32,000 nt of DNA, taken from the NCBI GenBank assembly GCA_002794465.1, contig MTSL01000178.1, forward strand, positions 95,451 through 127,450, in the 5' to 3' direction. The DNA comes from Paramicrosporidium saccamoebae KSL3 (lineage: Eukaryota > Fungi > Cryptomycota). Position numbers and translations under genes: made by a program. Shown in pieces: positions 25,124 to 32,000 of this stretch; position 1 is the stretch's first letter; each line of letters opens with the position of its first letter. Under the pieces are notes generated by a model. It ran no database searches and was not told where the DNA came from. It saw nothing but the letters and a program-made list of their open reading frames with translations.

Positions 25124-25331
25124 GCGCAACGGGCCGGGATGATTTACCTAGTGTGAATTGGGGTTTGACTAATGGAATGAGTTTTGGTTAGAGACAAGCC
25201 GTGATTAAACAAAGACTTGATAAAATTTAGTGGCTTTATAGGATGGGTAAATTGATGTATGAATGAATGGGCGGGTGGGATGCAACGTATTCGCAATCTT
25301 AAATGAATCATTGCAAGATACTACTTTATTA

Positions 25332-25596
25332 GAGTATTTGGCACATAGGCCGTCACCCCCCAATAACCTGAATTCTAGGATCGCACCATCAGGATTACCA
25401 GCCATAGGTGGATGCTGTCGCGTAGTGGGGATAATACCACGGACTTTGTCAGGCGGGGAGAGAAGAGAAGAGAATTTATTCAGTCAATCCAACAACCCAT
25501 TTATAGTCTCACAAATAACATAATCCTCAAATGGTAAAGATCTCATTATTCTTGATCGATTGTTCTGGTTGTCCTTCTCCAAACTGGGAAGCTATT
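25332..25596. repeat. Dispersed repeat copy A (inverted relative to copy B at about 29.3-29.7 kb)
   Basis: The reverse complement of 25415-25462 matches 29570-29617 at 40 of 48 nt. Similarity is clear over 25415-25500 and patchier out to the stated edges, which are approximate. Confidence 0.8.
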
Positions 25597-25700
25597 TCCA
25601 AACACCCAACTAGTCAGTCTTCTACGTCACAGATGCTGTCATCTAACAGAGCCTCTATTACAAACCTCGCAACTCTGATAACTAATACTCTTTTTATTGG

Positions 25701-26385
25701 CTAACAAAAGCGAATGTACACGTAGATAAAGACAAGGAGGACTGCGCCGATAATGATGAACGCGCCGTATGTCCTCCAAAGCATCATCAAGTTCAATTTT
25801 TTTGTATCTCTTAAATACCGGCGGCTTTCCGCACTCAAGTTACTCGATAAAAGGCTCATATTTTCCAATTTGGAGCCTCTCTCTAAAACGTCGTTGATGC
25901 TCGTCGTCATAATCTTGGTGACATCCACCAATTCTTCCTGCAGGCGATCCAAGTTTTGTCTTGCGCGCACATCCTGGTATGACCGTTTTGTCTTTTGGAT
26001 AACCGTATCAAATTTGATAAAGGCGTAGGGCCGGGCCGCAGAATCAACCATGCCACCGAACTGAGTGGAGAATTCTTTTTGAAGGTCACTGAGGAGGGAG
26101 AATGCCAATTTTTTTGGATAAAGGCGGTCACAAAGGCCAATGTAGCCAACACCATCGCTGACAGCAACATGAAAGGTAAATTGTCCTGCTTCTATAGACG
26201 TCATCGGGTCTGTGACGCTTCCCAGCGTCTTTAGTATTGACTTTGTCTTATTCTTGTGGTCAGGAAAGTCTCGGTCAAGCTAAAAGTATAAGTACAGACA
26301 CACTGGCTGGCACCTCTTCTTCGTCCATTGAAGCGGCCAGCGGAAGTCCATCATGGACTCGGGCTATCATCACGGAACGTACCAT
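25701..26385 (-). CDS. SEC22: ER-Golgi R-SNARE Sec22 (longin + SNARE + TM), 216 aa
   Basis: Exon 1 26314-26385 (MVRSVMIARVHDGLPLAASMDEEE), intron 26280-26313 (GTGCCA...TTTTAG), exon 2 25701-26279 with YPKKLAFSLL, ARPYAFIKFD, NLDRLQEELVDVTKIMTTSINDVLERG and a terminal TM. Confidence 0.95.
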
Positions 26386-26439
26386 TTCTTTAAAAATAAA
26401 ACTATTTGTTTAGCGAGTTTAAAGAAAGTGGTTGGCGGC

Positions 26440-28988
26440 ATGCCGGTTCCCAAAAGCGTGCTATCGTACCCGAGCGAAGCAGAGGCTTTCATTGATGCGG
26501 ACAGCTTCAGACAGACACCCGAGAAAATTCCATACCGTGAAATTGCAAACGTTTGCATTTACGATGCTGATGTACTTACTGGACGTAGTTTGCTAGATTC
26601 TGTAGGGCAATCAAGCCAATCTTTTCCAGATAGCTCAAACTGGCCCTTTTCATTTGGTGGGCGTTGCTCCCAAGGAAGAATGTATCATATAATTATTCTC
26701 CTTTTACTCGTGTAGATGTCCACCAAGGGTATCGGCACAAGTATGTATCGATCGAGCCAATTATCGAGTACATGTTTGAATATCCGTACGGTAAAGATGC
26801 AGTGGTGTGGTTGCGCAGCGACGCTGCGTTTTATCGTATCACTTCAATCTCTGAAGAGTACCGGGTATTGTGGAAGCCTGTCCGAGAGGGAGCTGATATT
26901 GTCGGACATGCTGTGAACACTCTGCTGAATATCGCAGTTACTAGGGATATCAGAGTTGTGCTTGAGCGCATTTGTAAACTATCCAAACAACCGCTTCATA
27001 GCGTTATAAGACTCATTTCAAAGCATCGACAACTTGTTCAGAAAGAACTACATTCACAAGAAAGCAGGAGGATCCCAAAATTTCGATTTATCAAGGCACT
27101 GAGTACCGAAAAATCCTGGACTTTGGCAATAGAGAAGGCTTGCCAAGATGTTTTATTAGCGTCTCATGGGTTAGAGTCTGAGACCGAAAGTCCGATCAAA
27201 TCTAAACTCGATACATCAAGTCCCATACCAATAGCAAAGAGACCGAGAGGGTTTAATGGCGCCATTCCATTGTCAATTGAAGAGATTGAGCCGTCGAGTG
27301 CTACGCAACCCCTCGCGCCTCTTTTAAAAGGTGCGATGGAAATGGCCCACCGGAGGGCATCTCGGTCAATTTTACCTATACACGTTGAATCGATAGAGTT
27401 ACCACAACTCTATGACTTGGAGACTAAATGTCCCTTTTGTGGGATCACCGTCGCTCGTACTGGAAACACGAGTGTTGTAGAGCGCATGGTTTGGCACTTG
27501 GATTCAATGCATCCTGTGCAGGTTCGGAAAGATTTAGCAAAAAAGAACAATTCTTTAAGAGGTGCAATGAAAGCCAACTGTCCCGTTCTTCGTGACGCCC
27601 TAGTTTGGCCCGATCGCCAGATTATTGAACAGATTCGAAAGCGAGATGAAATTTGCAACCTTCAGTGGAAAGTTTCAGGGATTGTAGATATTACAATACA
27701 CCCGACAAACACTTGTACACTCAGCGATGAGAATCACTCTCTCGCTATTGAAAATGAATCCCCAATCACCACGAGCCGTGCTAAGAAGAGCGACCCTTTA
27801 ATCACTTTGAATGATGCTACTGAAAGCGAGTCTGTCAGCAGCACAACTTGTGCGAGAAAGAATGTGCCCTTGATCATTACAGATTGTGCTACTGACAGCG
27901 AGACTCTAATCGCCACAAATCGTGCTAGTAGGGATGAGCCTTTAATCATTGTGGATTGTGCTACTGAAGATGAGTCTCTAAGAGCCACGAGTCGCGTTAG
28001 GAAGAACGAGCCCGTGATCGTTATAGATCGTGCTAGGAGGAACGAGCCTTTGATCACTATGGATCGCGCTAGGAAAGACGAGTCGTTGATCATTACGGAT
28101 AGCGTTAGGGAGGACAAGCCTTTGACCATTACGAGTCGTGCTAGGAAGGACGAGCCTTTGGTCATTACGGATGATGCTGCTGAAAATGAATCTCCAATTG
28201 CCATGGATGATGCTGCTGAAAATGAATCTCCAATTGCCATGGATCATGCCGCTGAAGATGAGTTTCAAATCACTACAGGTTGTGCTTCTGCTGTCGATAA
28301 CAAATTGCTGATAACTATTGACGACGCTCAAACTGCCGAGAACAGAAATTCAATACCTAGAAGCAAACTTTTGACTATTGAAGCGCAGGCTATTGGCATC
28401 AAAGGAAAAGTTCAGCTTAGTGATCAAGAAGCTGCCGCTCTCATTGTCTCGGCCATGGAGCGCATGGTGGGAAAATCTATCACAGATACTCTACAGGAAC
28501 ATTCTGCAACGCATTCTCAACCCAGCGCAAAAAGAAGTTTTGCCGATACACACGAGTTATACAATCGTACACGCCGCAAATCTTTACAAAGTGCTGCTGA
28601 TTTGGAGAATCATGTCTATTATGACGCTTCATGTCCGCCAAAAAGAGTATCAGGACAAGTTGTAGCCCGAAAGCCTGTACCGGTGATATCGTATAATTAT
28701 GAGAATCAGTCCCAGGAGTCTTTAAAGCGGCCATCTCTCCAGGCACAGACTGACGTAAATACTATTACCGTGCAGCATCAATGTTTACAGAACCCATTGC
28801 TATCCAATACCCAGCAGGCTTGGGATCGTTCCTTAACTACCGATAGTGCATTAAAGCCCTTGGAGACTGCCTCGCAAGGAGCAAATTCTGAAAGGCGAGA
28901 AAAAACAGCCACAAGGCCGTACTCATTCAGCCAAGGTGGGTCTCCGGCCAAGCCGTCATGTAAAGAAACAGATGTGCAATCGCGATGA
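26440..28988 (+). CDS. RFTS (DNMT1 replication-foci-targeting) domain + C2H2-like zinc finger + 12-aa repeat protein, 826 aa; Raf2/Dos2-like architecture
   Basis: Exons 26440-26571, 26606-26681, 26716-28988 (two 34-nt introns). The spliced N-terminus (IPYREIANVCIYDADGNQANL...FHLVG...VSIEPIIEYMFEY...AVVWLRSDAAFYRITSISEEYRVLWKPVREGA) fits the DNMT1-RFD pattern. CPFC-x18-HLDSMH at 27429-27512. No methyltransferase motifs seen. Domain call is by recall, not by HMM search. Confidence 0.75.
27750..28325 (+). repeat. Coding 36-bp (12-aa) tandem repeat, about 16 degenerate units
   Basis: RARKDEPLVITD-type and DAAENESPIAMD-type units. Exact 36-bp duplication at 28169-28204 and 28205-28240. Confidence 0.9.
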
Positions 28989-29326
28989 TGGATGGCTATT
29001 GTTGGAGATGCCAGGTCAACCGTTACTGGTAATGTTTTTGTTAAACACTATCCGCTTATGATTGCAAACCCTGATAGCTACCCTACAATCCGGTGTGTTG
29101 AGGGTGGTAGTCCACAACGGCGCCTTTAATAAAGATAAACTCTCGCTAACCAATGCTTTTCCATGCCCTCAGTGTCGCAAAGCCCGTAATTGGCGCGCCA
29201 AATTGTGGTGTGATATAGAGGGTTTCTCAGTTGGATAGTTGTGTGATAGAAAGGTGGACCGATCAGCTGAGTATTTGTGTGATAGAGCGTGAGATATGGT
29301 GAGCCAACTCGCTATTTTTAAGGCCC

Positions 29327-29691
29327 AATAGCTTCCATTGGGCGCTACGATCTGATGGTGAGTCTTGCCCCATAAATGTGGACGATATTTAATAAAATGA
29401 GCTCTCGCTTGAAGTGTCACGATAAGGAGTTCCTGTACGTAGGCTGTTGTATCACCACGGGATAGAGTGGGTCGATTAGCTGGGTATTTGGGGACTATTC
29501 CGTTTCCTTCTCGTCTGATATAGGTCGTTGGATTAACAGCGAACAGATTTTTATATCGCTTCAGCTCGTCTCCTCCCGCCTGACAAAGCACGTGGCATTT
29601 TCTCCGCTACGCGACAGAGAGGCAGTATAATCACGGGCCAGGGGTTCGAATCATAATAGGGGGCCTTGCTATTATCCATGCACAAATATTC
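29327..29691. repeat. Dispersed repeat copy B (inverted relative to copy A)
   Basis: Core 29570-29617 (CTCCTCCCGCCTGACAAAGCACGTGGCATTTTCTCCGCTACGCGACAG). Additional matching patches at 29520-29550, about 29480-29500, 29327-29336 and 29678-29691. Confidence 0.8.
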
Positions 29692-29855
29692 ATCGTGTAT
29701 AATGTTTTCTTTTCCATTACAATAAGACTTTTACGATTCCTGTGCCAAACAATGTTTGTCAAGACTCATTGGACGAGGCATTGACTCTATTGTTTTGATT
29801 GGCTAGAACATTCCAACAGTCTCTAGAAAAGATCCCCTGAAAGAGACAACGCTGC

Positions 29856-31970
29856 ATGAGTGGCGATTTGCCCCCATCCAGAGTCCCAGCAGGACAGCCC
29901 CCCATATCACTGCGCCTCATGAGTAGTCCCCCTCTGGCAGCCTCTGCCACAGCTTTTATAAACGAAGACTCAATCAGGAGCTCTCGTCTTGTCAATGGAC
30001 AAAGCCAGAATTTTAGCAGGGCCAATGCGGACACAGAGGAGGGCAATACAGCGTTTGAAGAGACCGTACAACCATCGGGTGCGATCCCCCTGGGCAAGCC
30101 TGCTTCTTTTTTGGACAGTTTTCAAGCCCCCAGTGAATTTGGGATGGACAATTCGTCAAATTCCCCAGTATACAGGCATCTATATGACCGTGAGTACTCT
30201 AGCACTTCCGATGAGCCGCAGTTGCAGGAGCCCCTCAACAGCAACGAGACAGCCATGATTGTGCAGAACCCAGCGTACGAGCAGGCGCAGTTGCTGCTGG
30301 TTTCGCTTCTGGAGAACTTTTGCGCTTTGTACGACAGGAATCCGGACAAGAATCGACGTTTGTTTATGGCTGTTTGTCGCCAACTTTGGAATATGGGCAT
30401 TCTTTCCTCTGAGGACTTTTTCAGCCGGAGTGAGCAACTCCGAGGTGTTTACAAAGAGGCTTTCCGCACACTGGTGCTTCAGGCTATCCAAGGGATTGAG
30501 GCCAATGAGACCGACAATCGCTATTTGGCCGACGATTTTGAAGATTCTGAGGCTGATTCTGGAGCAAAGTCTCTTAGTGGCTACTCTAGCCGCAACTCTT
30601 CGTTTATGAGTGGTACCTTTGAGGTAAAGCCTGTGCGCTCACGTTTGGAGACTGAATTTCGGGACCTGGATCCAATTGGCCGTGGTGGTTTCGCACAAGT
30701 GTTTCGAGGGGAGCACCGAATTGACCACTGCAAATATGCATTCAAGCGGATTGAATTTAAATCCAAGACTTCAGAGTCATATGAAAAAATAATACGAGAA
30801 ATCAAGTCCTTGGCGCATCTTGAGCATCCCAACATTGTTAGATATCATGGTGCTTGGGTGGAGGAAAAGGCTCTACTAACTAAAGAATGCCCGAAATCGG
30901 CAGATAAAATTGATACTACATCGTTTAGGGTTGAAGAATCGGTCCCATCTGAGGCTGGAATTAGCATTCCAATTTACAACGATGCGCAGCAGTTTGAAAT
31001 GGAAATGTCACTTGGATATTACATGATCATCCAGATGGAACTGTGCCAGTTTACCCTCGCAGATTGGTTAGAGCAACGCAATCTTTTAATTTGCCATTCG
31101 AATCCTTGGAAGCCGGAATATTCGCAAAAAACCTGCCGATCACGTATTCCGGCAGATTGCATGGCCACATTGTTGGGCGCCAACACTTGGGACATTAATC
31201 AAACGGAGAATAACCGTATTTTCAAGTGCATCGTAAAGGCCCTTCAACATATCCATGCCAAAGGCATTATCCATCGCGATCTGAAACCAGGAAATATTTT
31301 ATTCCAGGTCGATGGGGATTCTTTCATTCCCAAGATTGGTGATTTTGGACTGGCAGCGGATATGGGAATGCCTAACAGTGTGCAACAGTCGGAGGAGAGT
31401 ACTCCAACTAGAATCGACTCGGCCACGGCCGGAAAGTCACCTTCGCCATCAGTTTCGCGATCAACAAGGACAACTGGACTAGGAACGTGCACATATGCTG
31501 CACCTGAACAGATCCGTGGTGACGACGCAAGTTACAATGAAAAGGTCGATATTTTCAGTCTGGGAATAATCCTGTTTGAGCTATATTGTCCCTTTGCCAC
31601 TCGTATGGAGCGTCACAACGTTCTCGAAGACCTGAAGAAGGGGATTATATCAGCCTCTTTTATGAAACGTTGGCCTAAGGAGGCCACGTTTATCTGGTCT
31701 TGTATTTCTGAAAATGCCGATACGCGCCCCTCTGCGGAGCAGATATTTGAAAGTGAAATCTTTGAACAAGATCCAGATGAGACCATTGAGAGGCTTTCCA
31801 AAGAGAATTCTACTCTCAAACGCCTCTTGGAGGCTGAACGTGAAAAGGTTAGATGTTTGGAAAGTAGCCTTGTGCAGTCGATTGACAAGGTGACGCAACT
31901 TCAAGACAAGATTATTGAAGGAGCTTCCCTGGAGATTAGAAGTCTGGGCATTAGCTCAACCGCGGATTGA
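29856..31970 (+). CDS. HRI: Heme-regulated-inhibitor-type eIF2alpha kinase (EIF2AK1 / Hri1-Hri2-like), 704 aa
   Basis: N-terminal QLLLVSLLENFCALYDRNPDKNRRLFMAVCRQLWNMGIL matches the HRI-specific helical region. Kinase motifs: IGRGGFAQV, YAFKRI, REIKSLAHLEHPNIVRYHGAW, kinase insert, IQMELC, IHRDLKPGNI, KIGDFGLA, GLGTCTYAAPEQ. C-terminal coiled coil. Confidence 0.88.
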   Translation: MSGDLPPSRVPAGQPPISLRLMSSPPLAASATAFINEDSIRSSRLVNGQSQNFSRANADTEEGNTAFEETVQPSGAIPLGKPASFLDSFQAPSEFGMDNSSNSPVYRHLYDREYSSTSDEPQLQEPLNSNETAMIVQNPAYEQAQLLLVSLLENFCALYDRNPDKNRRLFMAVCRQLWNMGILSSEDFFSRSEQLRGVYKEAFRTLVLQAIQGIEANETDNRYLADDFEDSEADSGAKSLSGYSSRNSSFMSGTFEVKPVRSRLETEFRDLDPIGRGGFAQVFRGEHRIDHCKYAFKRIEFKSKTSESYEKIIREIKSLAHLEHPNIVRYHGAWVEEKALLTKECPKSADKIDTTSFRVEESVPSEAGISIPIYNDAQQFEMEMSLGYYMIIQMELCQFTLADWLEQRNLLICHSNPWKPEYSQKTCRSRIPADCMATLLGANTWDINQTENNRIFKCIVKALQHIHAKGIIHRDLKPGNILFQVDGDSFIPKIGDFGLAADMGMPNSVQQSEESTPTRIDSATAGKSPSPSVSRSTRTTGLGTCTYAAPEQIRGDDASYNEKVDIFSLGIILFELYCPFATRMERHNVLEDLKKGIISASFMKRWPKEATFIWSCISENADTRPSAEQIFESEIFEQDPDETIERLSKENSTLKRLLEAEREKVRCLESSLVQSIDKVTQLQDKIIEGASLEIRSLGISSTAD

Positions 31971-32000
31971 GAATTGGGAGTTGAGAATTGAGAATTGAGA
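31967..32000 (+). repeat. Heptamer microsatellite (TTGAGAA)n, running off the window edge
   Basis: TTGAGAA TTGGGAG TTGAGAA TTGAGAA TTGAGA; the first unit contains the kinase TGA stop. Confidence 0.8.

Noticed and set aside
25263-25523. 86-aa plus-strand ORF between HGH1 and SEC22
   Set aside because: No recognisable family; it overlaps repeat copy A and the equivalent frame in copy B terminates early.
29169-29591. 140-aa minus-strand ORF as a real gene or hAT transposase remnant (DELKRY; LARDY in another frame)
   Set aside because: It has no ATG start, the homologous frame in copy A has stops, and the hAT dimerisation motif following LARDY is absent. Treated as part of the degenerate repeat.
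29614-29620. ACAGAGA (U6 snRNA box)
   Set aside because: Not followed by the AGC triad/ISL sequence of U6 and not conserved in repeat copy A.
29643-29652. tRNA-like B-box GGTTCGAATC (possible tRNA or SINE)
   Set aside because: The flanks cannot form a T-stem and no cloverleaf or convincing A-box is evident. Copy A has only a degenerate equivalent (GGTGCGATCC).
26440-29855. Full-length DNMT1/DIM-2 DNA methyltransferase
   Set aside because: No BAH domains or catalytic motifs (FxGxG, PCQ, ENV) in any frame I read downstream of the RFTS region.

Overview
A very compact, intron-rich eukaryotic (fungal-like) genomic window. It holds 18 protein-coding genes, and I found no tRNA, rRNA, CRISPR array or intact transposon. 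Nearly every break in the ORF track is explained by a tiny GT-AG intron: I reconstructed 38, of 27-40 nt, three of them tentative. Genes in order: DOP1/Dopey (5' partial), ZPR1, RMD1-family, synaptojanin (INP52/53-like), RNF121-like RING, mitochondrial RbfA-like, NAA25/MDM20, GAA1, LSM6, RAD1, PHB1, FAM192A/NIP30-like, GFA1, PRP28, HGH1, SEC22, an RFTS + zinc-finger + repeat protein, and an HRI-type eIF2alpha kinase. The density, fungal-like proteins and retained mitochondrial genes suggest an early-diverging fungal relative such as Rozellomycota (e.g. Paramicrosporidium-like); this is inference, not demonstrated. Four observations stand out. (1) A spliced gene, not assembled in the ORF track, encodes a stand-alone DNMT1-type RFTS domain plus a C2H2-like finger with no methyltransferase domain, the architecture of fission-yeast Raf2/Dos2. 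(2) That gene and SEC22 are bracketed by a degenerate inverted repeat pair occupying the two largest intergenic gaps. (3) 5' splice sites have largely lost +5G. (4) A minisatellite is built from the junction of two convergent stop codons.
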